From: Kudoa neothunni
Lineage: Eukaryota; Animalia; Cnidaria
Reading direction: 5' to 3'
Length of the DNA stretch: 64,000 bases
Assembly: GCA_964304625.1 (NCBI GenBank)
Contig: OZ199839.1
Location: 201,970 to 265,969 of the forward strand
The translations under genes were made by a program, and so were the position numbers. The notes below the pieces were generated by a model that saw nothing but the letters and a program-made list of their open reading frames with translations, was not told the DNA's origin and did no database searches. Below, one piece after another: positions 26,101 through 39,120 of this stretch. Positions within the stretch are counted from its first letter, which is position 1, and every line of letters begins with the position of its first letter.

Positions 26101-27276
26101 CAATTTGTTTAGAATATTAAATTATATTGTTAACCTTTTTTATGCATCAATAATTTTCGACGAGTATTGAGTATTTATCAAAATATAGGATCGGTGTGGG
26201 GCTGCATTATTTATAAGTTGATGGAATTTTTCATTTTTGAAATCTTCTCTCTCCTATTTTGTTTATGAATGAAAAAATAAAGATTTTGTAATCAATAAAT
26301 AATTGATGATATAAATAATTGCTTCAGAAAAATATTCTTTTCGAATTTTATGCGCAGAATTTAACATAACAACCCCCAAAAATTCCTTATTACTTTGATT
26401 TTACTTAAAAGTTTCATTTAAAAGCAAAATATTTTGTTTCTAATAAAGAAATTCATTTGCTACCCCAGAGTATCTCGAACTTAGAATGGTATCAATTTTT
26501 TCAAAAGTTGTAATACGTCATGGGGGACTAAACTTAAAAAGAGGGCTTCAAGCACTATAAATACGTTAGAGTGTTAAATAACATACTGAGTTAATTAATT
26601 TATTTTACTTCTTGCATAGGGAGTTGGCAGTGTAGTTGGGGGATTTGTGAAAAAAGGTGTTATTACATCCGGTCACACCTATCTACTTGGTCCCTTTGGC
26701 GCTGAAGGAAAATTTGTACCAAGCACTATCAAATCGATACATCGTCAACGAATTCCAGTGGATAATGGTTTGGCAGGTCAATCAATTAGTGTTGCACTTA
26801 AAAATGTAACTCTCAGTCATACCCACATGTTATCGTTGCTGCAGTTACAATTACTTTTATTTGTTAGGTTAAACGATCCGAACTCCGTAAAGGAATGATT
26901 ATTGCGTGCAAATCAAGCAATCCTGTCGCTTGTTTCGAATTTACTGCCCGTGTTTCTATAATGCACACCTCAGCTACCATATCCGAGAAGTATTGTGCAG
27001 TGGTTCACGTTAGCACTGTTCGACAAACAGCAAAAATTATCACAAAAGACAAATCCAAAATTTTGAAAGGAGGAGATGAGGCTGTTGTCACGTTTCGTTT
27101 TATGCAACGACCCGAATTCGTTGAAGTAGGTAGTCGTTTGGTGTTCAGAGAAGGAAAAATGAGAGGCCATGGTGTTGTTCTCTCTACGATTCCTATCGGT
27201 ATTAATTTTTGCAACTTTAACAGTTGTTTTATATACCAATAACTACTATATAATAGAACATAAAAATCCAAAGTAG
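23181..27276 (+). CDS. GTPBP1: GTP-binding protein 1 (translational GTPase), spliced; first exon not located
   Basis: [49 protein letters not shown] and C-terminal beta-barrel domains with FREG. A 2155-nt intron spans 24465-26619. Confidence 0.9.
24475..26559. mobile_element. TIR element filling the large GTPBP1 intron
   Basis: TGCTTTGAGGCCTTTTTAAAAATAGTCCCC at the left end is an imperfect inverted match to GGGGACTAAACTTAAAAAGAGGGCTTCAAGCA at the right end. Confidence 0.6.
25018..25554. mobile_element. hAT-like MITE nested in the intronic element
   Basis: TAGGGCTTGGGTTTT ... AAAACCCCGCTGGCAGCCCTG termini. Confidence 0.45.
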
Positions 27277-27997
27277 CACCAAATCTAATCTAAATTACAT
27301 ACTCGTTTGGTTCTATGATTGTTTCTACTCAGTACCACAATTATTTGATGTGTGGGGTAGTAGTAGAGTAGATGGTTACTTGGATGAAATTCAACTTTCA
27401 AATTATGATAATATAAAAGTTGTTTGAATTTTTAAATTCAAATACTGGGAAATTGTACGTTTACTCATGTCTCATGTACACCACCTATATAAATAATCAT
27501 TGAACATTTTTTCTCTTATTTTTCAATTTTCAAGATAACTTTGTTTTTTATGTAATCACAATTAAATAAAGAATTTCACTGAGAGTTCATAATTCGCCCA
27601 GCTCTTGAAAAAAGTTTATGTATTTTTCGATAAACATTATAGCTCTTAAGATCGCTTGATTAACAACTAAATTTTGAAGACATTTGTAATTTCAATATTA
27701 TTTTAATTTTCAACGCATGAAGTTAAAAATCTAAACCATTTTAATGATATAATGCCCCATTTAATTTATTTCAATATGATTTAGATTATTGTTGAAAAAT
27801 ATTGAAAAATTATTACTTTTTACTACTACTACTAATAGCTTATTTATTTTGTTATACATCAATTAGATAAACAACATCCTTATGGAGTTTAATTAAACTA
27901 CAAGTTAAAAAGAATCTTCGATGTAAGGCCACTTATTTCACTTCAATCCCTTCCGCCTGAGTTTAAAATCTTTATCTAACCATCAAATAGTTTTTTA

Positions 27998-29766
27998 CAG
28001 TCGAGATTGGATAATGCGTGATTTTACCTTCAATATATGGAGGAAAGAGTGTGACATTTTCGAGGAAATTAGAATAATACGTTGTTTAATCTCAATAAAA
28101 ACAATCAAAGGTGCCATAAAAATGACGGTTGAAAAATTTATCCTAATTGATATGCTTAATTTTGTTATTTTTGTTATATCTGAATGTATATCCTTTATAT
28201 ATATTCAAGGACATTCAATGCCGGCAGGATTCCTTCTCATGAAATCAAGCTGAAATATAAACGTTGCAAGAAATAGGAGAAGCATTTAAATACAAGATTC
28301 ATCGGCACAGGTGAAGAAGTTTATCCAAAATCGCACGAATGATCACATTATTTCTGGAGATTTATTCTTAAAATGTTTATTATCATTGCGAAAAATAATA
28401 AAGATCAAAATTATAAAGAAAGTGGGGGAAATATTGCGAAGTTTGAAGTAAGTTTAGAATCATTTTTAAACATATTCATGGCGAAGCTGCGAGCAGTATT
28501 CTTGCATCTATTGAAATAACAATGTGATAAACATCTATAGCCCAAGAGACATAATAAATATTAATAATACCGCTATGTTTTATGAGCAGTTACTTATTAA
28601 AGGAAGGAGAGTGACATAAAGGATAAAGTTAACCATAAAAACATAACGACATTGGTATCACACTTTTTATGTGGAGAAAATTTGCCATTATCAATAATTG
28701 GAAAAGACTGAAATCCTAGGTGTTTCAAGGTCAAGGGATTAAAACATACACTATGAGTATTGTGCTCCTAAAAATTCTTCGCTGATTTTGACCATATTTT
28801 TCAGGCAATGAACAAGATAAATTCTAAAATAGAGGCAAAGAACATACAAATGCTAATCTTGCTGAGCCAGTGCCCAGCACATCCAAAAGAAATCTGTTGT
28901 CATGGCAATATAAAGACTTTTTTTGACTAAAAATACAACATTTATTTTCCAACAAATCCATCAAGGGTTGATTTCATTGTTTTAAAATTAGAAAAAAAAT
29001 AATGTGTACTCATATGATATTATTTGATGATTCATCAACTGCTAAATACACTTTACTTGACGCAATTTTAACTCCGAAAAACGTGGAGCTGCATCACAAC
29101 AAAAATTATTGTGAATATTTCAAAAAATCTAATATATTTTATGAAAATAACAGCTAGTGCGAACATTTAAAATTATATCTATTGTGTTATGACAAGGAGA
29201 CGGAAAGGGAAGATAAAAATGATAAAAAAGTCCAAATTAAAACCAAACTTTTAACCTTTTTATTATTGATAAAAAACAAGGAAGACTATCTTTAATGATG
29301 GTAGCTTTCTTAAATGTAAAAATGAAAAAATGAAAATTACAATTTGCATCAACCACAAAACCCCAATTCAAAGTGAAATAGAATCTGATGATGTACAAAC
29401 TACAAACAAAAGTTTCGATAAAATATGTTAGATAGGCGGTAAGTATATTAAGCAAAGCATTTATTCAAGAAGCTGTATCTTTAATCTTAGTTCTCACATC
29501 AATAATGAATCAAATATTTAAATTATCATCTAAAAATGACACTAATTGGAAATTATTTCATTTATTTATAAAAATCGACATTTTTATTCTTTTTGACTTG
29601 AAATAATTTTCTTATATGTAAGATAATTAATTAAAATTGACTAGAACTAAAATAAACGTGTAAAACAAGTTTAAATAAATCATGTTTTCCCCCACGCGCA
29701 GGCGCGGCTCGATATTGAGTAATTTTTTCGCGGCCCCACAAATTACGCAATATCCAATCTCGACCG
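27998..29766 (+). mobile_element. pogo/Tigger (TIGD-like) transposon, transposase decayed
   Basis: TA|CAGTCGAGATTGGATAATGCGT ... ACGCAATATCCAATCTCGACCG|TA. Fragments HIHGEAAS, YSPRDIIN and GENLPLSIIGK..NPRCFK. Confidence 0.8.
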
Positions 29767-30243
29767 TACATTGTATAGGAATAATATTAATAGAATTATA
29801 GTATTGTATTTTCGACAAATAATCAACGAAATAAATCATGAAGAATCATGTTCGTAAATAATAATATATAAACAAATATCTGTCAGTTAAAGCTTTAAAA
29901 CATTTTATCTGAAAATCAAGCTTTTCTTATCAATTTATTTCATTATTTCAATATTTTTTTATTTAAAATCTAATTCAATTCCAAAATAAAAGAATAAACT
30001 TGTTTTAAATAATTTATGGCGGCGATACACCAAATCCTAATGAGTTTCGTACACGCTCTGTGTGATAAGGTTGGTAGTCGGTAGGGATCAAAAAACGCTC
30101 ACAATATATTCGCCAGGAGATTTCGATTGAATCTGTGTTACGCAACAGCTTCAAAATACGATACCGCACGACTTTATCATTTAAATTAATGTCAGCTCGC
30201 ATGCGTAAGCACAACGCGTCGAACATTGCTTGAATAATATTTG

Positions 30244-33200
30244 ATGTACCGACTGCATTTTGGTAAACAAAATCCTAAATTTCTCAACAACTTACAGAGA
30301 GTAGATAAATCTATCGAACTATGTCCTAATCGTTGATTAGCAATGCCGATTTGTTGAAACAACCACTATGGAAACATTTAACAAACATCCCCTATCGAAA
30401 GAACAAATTCAATCGAATAAATTTCTATCAGCTGAGGTTAAAGTAATAGTGGATTAATAGTGCGGATTTTATCAAATTCAATCTTCTGTATCAAGTACAA
30501 CATTGGAAAATACAATCAAACTCCAATAGCTAATATTCCTGTTGACAGTCCAATGACACATGGCATGATTTGTCTTCAGGCGGGGGCTAGAAATGAGCCC
30601 TCAAATTATCTGGGAGTCTCTCACATTTTAAGCCATTCAATTCTCAATGTACGTGATCTAATGGTGTGATGTGAGTTAATGTGGTGGGGGGTGTTAATAG
30701 GCCACAAATAAAACTCTTGTTACAGATGTGGTACGCTCACTACAATCATTGGGTGCTGATATAAAGTTGTTGATTGGTTAATAAGTGGATAATCTAATTG
30801 GCATTTGTGTAGATGTTTGAATGATCGAGATTCTGTGATGGTTTACCTAAATGCACATCCCGACCATATGTATGTGTGAATTTTTATTCCATTATCCAAT
30901 CGTTTTTATTCCACTTGTTCTATATCAATTAGGGAATATTGTTTAAACACTATCTACGAAGGTCTATACAACAATGCGAACAAATACCGAGAATTTAAAT
31001 ATTCGTTTGATTCGTGTCTCATTGATTACGACAATTTCAAAGAGAACTTTCCTCACGCATGTACACTTTTAAATTTGTTGTCATTTTTACAATTAATTCA
31101 CCATTAGATCTAATGGAGTATGTGCATAATTTCGCATTCAGGTAATTTCTAGTGATGTGGTGTTCAAAATGTGTACCTCCATTAAAAATTTTCATGTTTA
31201 AGGGATGGTCTCGGAAATTCGTTATACTTAAATCCTTCCGTTATTTTACGAGTTGAAGATTATTTTGATATGGTAATTAGCTCGGGATTCTCATTATTTA
31301 ATTAAATTACTTAATCTATCTATCTATCTATCTATCTATTGTAGATGAATGATTACCGTCGTCAAGTATTCACCGGGAATGGCTGTATGGTTTCAATAGG
31401 TAATTTTTGGTGCATTTGTTATTAGAAACTGTTGTGTCATTGTTTTTATTGACTGACAACTTAATTATCAAAATTCGAAGATTCGCGGGAATTAATCTTT
31501 TGCGCATGTTGTAATAATTGTTACGTAAATTACTGCGAAACCAACCTATATATTCATAAATAAATAAACGTACGTAAAAAAATATTGTGACAACTTGATT
31601 ATTGATTAACTTGGGAAGCATGTTTTTCTAGCGGAGATTATTGGCATGGCAAATTTTAATCCTAAGTTACATATGCGTATATGCGCATGTGCGATGGTAA
31701 TTTTTAAGCCCTGAAACCTTTATTTACAAGTTGTGTATGGTTGTGGTTTTTTAAAATCTGCTATATTTGATTATTTATGGTCCACTGCTTCGCTCTCAGA
31801 CCTCAGAAATTAATATAATCAAAATTGGCTACAGATGAACACTATTTATTGCACCAATAGTCATTACTTTAAATATAATAAAAACTAGCCGTTTTTGAAT
31901 ATTAGTTTCCGAGCCAAAGACCACGTTCTATTTTTTACAGTCCTACTCTAGCTTATAATCTAATCTAGATTAGTTGACGAGGTTTACTTCAATTTTCACG
32001 GTTTTGTGCGCTTATTAAGTTGATATAAAAATTTGTGATTTAACCCTCCAATTCACGAAAATTTACACCTTCCAAGTAAAAATGGAGTAGAAATTTTCCC
32101 TAAATTTGTTGGGACCAAAACTGTTTTAAATATAATGTTTTATAATCTTGATTGGTTTTAATAGATTCTATCGATTGCATTTTGAGTAAATCAAGAAACA
32201 TTTTTATTAAGCTAGTATTGCGCATGTGCACAACAAGACTACTGTTTTATCAGCAGTAAATCTCTTCTTTATTATTTAAAGATGTTATTTTAATGTTGAA
32301 GAATTTTTAAATGTTTATTGTGAACTAATCGATGTAATATTTATACAAAAAATAACAAGAAAACGGTGTTATTTCTTGAAAAATGTTTTTACAACAAAAC
32401 GTCACGCAAACGTCAAGTTTATGGACAGTTTTTATGTCGTACATTTGGGGATTGAAGATTGTCAGAAATATGTCGTCCATCGAGTTAATATTCTATTTTA
32501 TGAAAGTGAAGACACCGAAACGATTATTCTAGATGTTTTGAGGTGATGTTCGAGTAGATTGTGCAGTTTAAGTCTCCCGTAATGTTCCATTTTTGTCAAT
32601 AAGACAATCGGCCTGGAAATATATCAAAATTTCATTTATCTGAAGTTTTTTCATTAATATACCGTAATGAGTGTAGTGTCCGATGAGTAGGAATCTGAGC
32701 AACTTTTAATGCGTTCACACGAACCCGTTGCGCACAAAACGATAGGAGAACATGAGCACATGAGGCTAAATAATAGTATTTCTCGATTTATTCAAAATCT
32801 AATCGATGCGATTGACTAATACCGTTCAAAATTATATAACTTTCTTTTTAATCGTTTTGGTCAAAATAATCTGGGTATATTTCTGGCCCATTTTTATTTG
32901 GAAGGTATTGTTGAAGCAACTTTTTATTGTTAATTGATACACCCTTTTATTCCTTTTATCTATACTACTATAAAAACAGCAGCTACAAGATTACATTGAA
33001 TTTGGATCTTTTATCTTTACTTTATTGAGTAAAAAATGACTTCAAACATCACGTAATATGTGGTAGAAATCTACCACATATTATTTAGAGGGTTAATATC
33101 TATATTTGATTGAAATCTTGTGCTAAAATATTCATTTTAACACAAGTTAATTCATTTGGGGGGTTTCCTATCGAAATTACTAATGAACTGTTATACCAAA

Positions 33201-34865
33201 AATGTTTTTGCAATTAAACGTCCTGAAATTTAGTATTAGTTTTTAAAAATAATACTCGATTTATAGGAATTAAAATTTAGATTTTATGATTTTTTGTATG
33301 AGTATATTCAGTAAAATTATCGCGTTTTTAAAATAAATTATCTGCTGATTTTTTGTTGATAACTGGAATTGTATAAATTTAAGTGTAAACGTGTGTGCTT
33401 ACACAAAGTCTAAAATAAAATACTCGCAACTTAAATGTAATTACGGGTTTATATTGTTATTTTTACGAAAAAATGAATTTTAGTAGAGTTAGATGAAAAT
33501 TATGTTATACATTTAAATGTAAAATAAACTTTGTTTACAATAATATAAATGATTAAAGAATTCAAATTGAAAAATGGATATTACCATTTATTATTAGTAT
33601 GTTAAAATAATAATTAATTCTGAAAAATATTTAAGAAGACGAACGATGTTAAGACCGCGTTACTATTTCTTTGAGTACATTATTTAAGTAGATAGTAAAA
33701 TTATCTCTTCTTTTTGTTATTTCGTGAGAGTAATTTAATTTATTTCTATTTGAAAATAGTTAAAACGTGATTGTTTAAAAATTAATTTCACTACATAGAC
33801 TAACTCTACTAATTTTGATGATTAGCTATATTAATTTTTAATCAAAATTTATTTGAAGAAGCTCCATACAATTTATTGACATAGACAAATTAAGGTTGCA
33901 TTGATGTAATTCCTGATCTCGCGTTTTACATGAACACGGCCACCGAAGAAGATAGAAAATTGTATTCGAATCCTTTGTATTCCTCCAATACAACACCCAT
34001 CTTTTACGGCGGAGAACTACGTGTGCCTTACCATCACAGAAGAACTTATGTCGCTCTAACATATCCTGGATCGGCGTAGATTATATTAACTTACTGATTA
34101 GAGTGTCTTTCACTACCTTTATAGGAGATATGGCGAAGAATATTGGTTGTTTTTATTGTTACAAAAATTTTTAGCGGATCCATCCGATTTTACCTATTTC
34201 CCTTGTCCTAGTTACACTCTGTAGTTATCATTATGCTTTTTAAATGCGAATCTACTTTTTGTTGATTAGACTTGATAAATTGATCACTCAACAAGACTAC
34301 TACGATGGTTATCAAGTATTATTGAATTGAAATGGCATTCTTTGTAACATTTTTCACTCCACATAGACCGCCATCGGATTTAATATTTGCTACAAAGACA
34401 CTGGTTTATTTGGTATAAGTATGGCCGCTTTCCATGATAACATCCATCAGGTATTTAAAAAAATTAGTTGATCTATTGATTTTACTTTAAATAGCTCGTA
34501 TTGACGGTAACCCAATCGTTGAACAAATTAAAAGATAACCCAGTAGTGTCGGACGAGTCGTTCAGATGTGCCAAGTAATAATGTGTTCGTGTTTTTTTCT
34601 TATTTATTTTTGTAGGGCAGCTGCCAAACTTGAATTCTTAAGTAATATGGAGACCAAAGAGAATTTTCTGCGTGATTTATCCTTCCAATTGTGTAACGGA
34701 GACGGTCAATACATTCCACCTGCCAAACGAATGAGTGCTATTGATAAAATCGGCAAAAAACAATTTGAAGAATTTATCAAAAAAACTCTAAAGAAGAAAC
34801 CTGTTTTTGCTGTACTAGGCGATATTCGCAAAGTTCGCCCTCCTTCAGAATACATTGATATTTGA
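30244..34865 (+). CDS. UQCRC2: Cytochrome bc1 core protein 2-like (non-catalytic M16 family), spliced; start tentative
   Basis: AGARNE..YLGVSHIL, GLGNSL, FYGGELRV, YKDTGLFGI and PVFAVLGD. No HxxEH and no MPP-alpha glycine-rich loop was seen. A 2495-nt intron spans 31400-33894. Confidence 0.72.
31314..31338. repeat. (ATCT)n microsatellite in a small intron
   Basis: Read directly from the sequence. Confidence 0.9.
32044..33092. mobile_element. piggyBac-derived element in the UQCRC2 intron
   Basis: TTAA|CCCTCCAA...TTAGAGGG|TTAA, with subterminal palindrome TAATATGTGGTAGAAATCTACCACATATTA. Confidence 0.65.
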
Positions 34866-35855
34866 ATTTTAAGCGGTCTTATCAGCAATGATTGGAGGAT
34901 TGTTTTCAAGTGGTCGTTTAATTAATGACCCACTCTTTGTTTCGACTATTTTTTCAAGTTATTTCAAAATTTTTTCTTATATACTCTCACGATATTAAGA
35001 AATCTTGAAATTATTTGTTTTTTAATATTGAGGTTGTCGTTTTCAACGAGTTCTTGCATTAATTACTCGATGGTGTTTAACGACCAGATACTTTTATCTG
35101 TTTGTGTTTAATACAATTTTAAATACGATTGTATTAAAATATTATTTAAATTTAGTTAGAATGGGCGTGTTTCTTATAATTTTGAAATTTTTTTTATTAT
35201 TTAACGATCTTAGAATCCATAATTCATGTTTTGATCTATAATTGGGTGGTGAATAAGCTGTTTTTACAGCGCAATAGAGTTAACGCTAGAAAATCTGCAA
35301 CTTTCAGTCGTTGTTATTCAATCAAGCTATATTAAAGAAAGAAAAGCACTTGTTATAAATTTTCTAAGAATAATAAATAGTCGGAATATAAATATAAAAC
35401 TTCGACATAATTATATCGATAATTGCATACTTTCGTATTTTAGTATGTCTAATATAAGTAATGTATTCTTTGTATTTAATTAAAAATCGTGAGTATGAAT
35501 GTGTACGGTTGAATTTTATTTATTTTAGAAGAATTAAGCAAAATGATTTTAAAAAATTACTACGGTTTGTAATGGTTTTTACATTATAATGAATGTTGAT
35601 TTAATTTTTATTTTATTTCGCCATGACCTATTTTTAAACTGATCCTCATCATGTATAATATTTTCAATTACACAACTTAAAATGAGTCTATCCCATTTTC
35701 TTTGTTTCATAATATGGTTCTAATAATTTTATTCTCCCAAATATTGCATTTCCATCAATTTTTACTGAGTTTTTTTGTTTTTTGACACCGAAATTATTCT
35801 TCAGAGTGACAAAAAAATATTTACTATATTCCGTTTATTTTCCCTTTTATTATAC

Positions 35856-36362
35856 CATGGGTCAGCAACCTACGACCCGTCAGTTATCTCTGTCCGGCAC
35901 GCCATGCATTGAATGGCATAAAATTTTTTCTTAATATCTAAAATACCAAAATTATTTTTAATTTCTTTCTATACCGTTTTTCTAAATGTTAATATGTTGT
36001 CGATATAAACACTTTAGCCAACTAAAATTCATTTTCATTAAAAAAGGAAAACCAAAATAAATATGATTGTTAAAATTATTTCTTTTAAGTTAAAAATATT
36101 TTTAAAAAGGCATATAGGTACATCTCATGCTTGCATCGTCCAATAAATTGTTCGTTCATAAGTTAAACACGAGTTGATTATATTGGAAATGAAAATTATT
36201 TGAATATAATACAATTGATTTGATCTAATTTTATAGTTTAAATGATTTTTATAAATTCTTATGTATATATTTAAATTTGAAATTCGAACTAAGAATAATT
36301 TAAAATATTTATGGATTAATTTTAATACGGCCCGTCCCACCCAAAAAGGTTGCCGACCTCTG
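35856..36362. mobile_element. hAT (Buster/Charlie) MITE
   Basis: CATGGGTCAGCAACCT...AGGTTGCCGACCTCTG with a perfect 8-bp TSD TATTATAC. Same family as 46174-46720. Confidence 0.9.
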
Positions 36363-36577
36363 TATTATACGACGGAGGAAAGATGGAATGAGTGTCTCGC
36401 CATTTACTGGAACTCACGGTATGGACGCTACTATTATGTTAAGCATCTTTATTCAGTATTAATAGCTATGGTTAGAGTTTACATTGACTATATTGTATGA
36501 TGCGCCGAAATTTATAGCCTAATTCAATAATCAGGATAAAATTTAGACGTTTGAACCATCTGGGGCGTATTTCTATA

Positions 36578-38586
36578 GGCAGTGGCTATTGCAACGGATC
36601 CGTTTAATCCGCATGCTCGGACTGTCTATTGCAACGGGAGGAAATAACTCGAAAACTAACATGTCTATAAAAATTTCAATTTCGTTTTTATAATAAATGA
36701 TTTTTTCGCCAAAAAGTTAAACCATTATAAAAGAAATCCAAGATAACAAATTTTCGCATTTTATGGCAATGAATTCAGAGGTTAAAAATTATTTTTAAGT
36801 CCTTAATTAGCGATTTATAATTTATAAATAAAATTATCTTTTCCATAATTCAGATTAATATAAATTGTTTCAATTAAAGATCCAAATTCACCGGACTTGC
36901 GCATGAATGAAGAAGCACCGCTATATCGCTAAAGACAATAATAATGCACTGTTAACATATCGTGTAAAATGTTAGATCTTTTTATTTCGCGATCCTAATT
37001 TTCTACATATTAAATGATCTATCTTTTCGCTATATAAAGATACAAATTAGCTTTATTATACCGCAATTTATCTAGGCATTAATAACATGAAGAAAATTTT
37101 TGATTTCCATCTATTAATTGCTTTATTTATATAATTAATTGTTTTATTATTTATTCTGCTTTCTTTTTCTAGGACGCCCAACACTCATTACTTTAGAGCA
37201 GGGGCCGGCAACCCTATTAGGTTGCCGGGCCGGATAATCATGTCAAACTAGGAGGAAGGCCAGAATATATTTAAATCCAGTAGATGTAATAAATTTTTCA
37301 CAATACAATTGAAAATTGGATTAGTAAATTTATATTTTGAAATTTAAAATAATATATTTTTATCTTAACGAGAAAAAGAAACAACGAACGTGAATGTTCG
37401 ATACTTTTATGAAGGAATTACTGGTTTTATACAATTTTTAATTTCATAATTTACCTGATATTTTTGGTGCTGAATTTAAACGTTTATATATTCAAATTAT
37501 TGTTCTAAATCGTAAAGAGCAATAATTAAACGTTTCCATTAGCTACAATAAAACTAATATCGTACAATCAGTAAAAATAAATAAGGAATTTACTCGGGGA
37601 AAAATTTTAATTTTTTTTAAGCACTTTTATGCTTCAAAAAAGGGAATAATACTTAAGTAACATAGTTCACATTGCTATTAAGCTTATCTATATGCTGAAG
37701 AGATCGAATTTAAAAGTTGGGGAAATTATATAAGCACCGTCAAAAAAATTAACTATATCAATAACATCCTTTGCAGGCCGGATGAGGAAAGCTCCCGGGC
37801 CAAATTTGGTCCGGGGGCCAGTCGTTGCCGAACTCTGTCTTAAAAGGATCTTGATTTTATTATGATAATCATATTTTTGTTTTTATGTAGAGAATTATTA
37901 CCCATTACCCTCAAATTATTGCTACGTAACATCGAATCAAGGAAATGACACATTATTCCTTAAAAACTACCATATCTTTAACAAACAATCTATTTTTAAA
38001 GTCCTATATATAGTATAAATAAATCTAACTCGAAATCATAGATTCGTGTTTATTTCGTAGATTGAGACATAGCTTTAAATACAATGAGTTGTACATTAAT
38101 ACACATTATTCATATTATAAATTTTGAGAAAAAAATAATTAATTAATGTGTTAATAATTCTCCATAATAGCATGTATCGAATCAGAGGGATGTTAACCGA
38201 CGAAAGAACCAGTACCACTAGTTAACTAAATCTTACGTAATGGCGCGGACTCCTGAGCGTGGTAATTCATACTATAGAAAGCATACGATTTACATAAAAT
38301 TTTTGCAATTATGAAAGTTTATTGTCTTAGAAAGCTCTTTTTAGTGTTCCTACGATCTATCAAATCAAAATGACATTATGAAGTTACTTAATTTTCAATA
38401 ACAACCTTGAAAATTCCACCATATTATATTTCCCCAAAAATTTGAAATTATTTGGAGAAAAAATCATTTATTATAAAAACGAAATTGAAATTTTTATAGA
38501 CATGTTAGTTTTCGAGTTATTTCCTCCCGTTGCAATAGACAGTCCGAGCATGCGGATTAAACGGATCCGTTGCAATAGCCACTGCC
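36578..38586. mobile_element. Non-autonomous TIR element with perfect 130-bp TIRs (Merlin/MULE-like)
   Basis: 36578-36707 is the exact reverse complement of 38457-38586. GG termini and an internally repeated CTATTGCAACGG. Flanks are ATTTCTATA and ATTTCT(CTCT)ATA. Confidence 0.9.
37199..37837. mobile_element. hAT MITE nested in the 130-bp-TIR element
   Basis: CAGGGGCCGGCAAC...GTTGCCGAACTCTG termini with GGGCCG subterminal motifs. Confidence 0.75.
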
Positions 38587-39120
38587 ATTTCTCTCTATAT
38601 GCATATAGATATGTGTCTGCGTGTGTCAGCAAGTTTGCTATTTAGAAAAAGTTAACTCCTTATTGAATGTATTTTGGTATCTTTTAATTTTAAAAACGTT
38701 AATAAGTCTTTTTGTGTTAACATTTTAGTTTATCAAATTTTTATGACTCATACCAATAGAAATAAATTAATTGGGGGAACACGAAAAATATCAAGTTGAT
38801 TCGTGCATTAATACCTAAGAGCACTGTGAATGTAATTATTAATGGTTATCTTAAAAGGATATAAAGTGAGATCATTTTCCATAATTCCTAATATTAAAGT
38901 AATATTACATAACGTGATATTGTATAGAATCTTTCATCTGCATATTTGTGCCCACAGGCGCCCTCGTGACTAATTTTGTTTTTTGACCAAAATGGTTTTA
39001 TTTGAGCTCGAATCATTATGGATACTAGGAATTCTTGTATTTTTCTTATAATGAGCATTAAATCATTTCTCATCCTAACAAGTTATGTTTTAATTAATAG
39101 ACAGCAATTTTCCAGAGATG

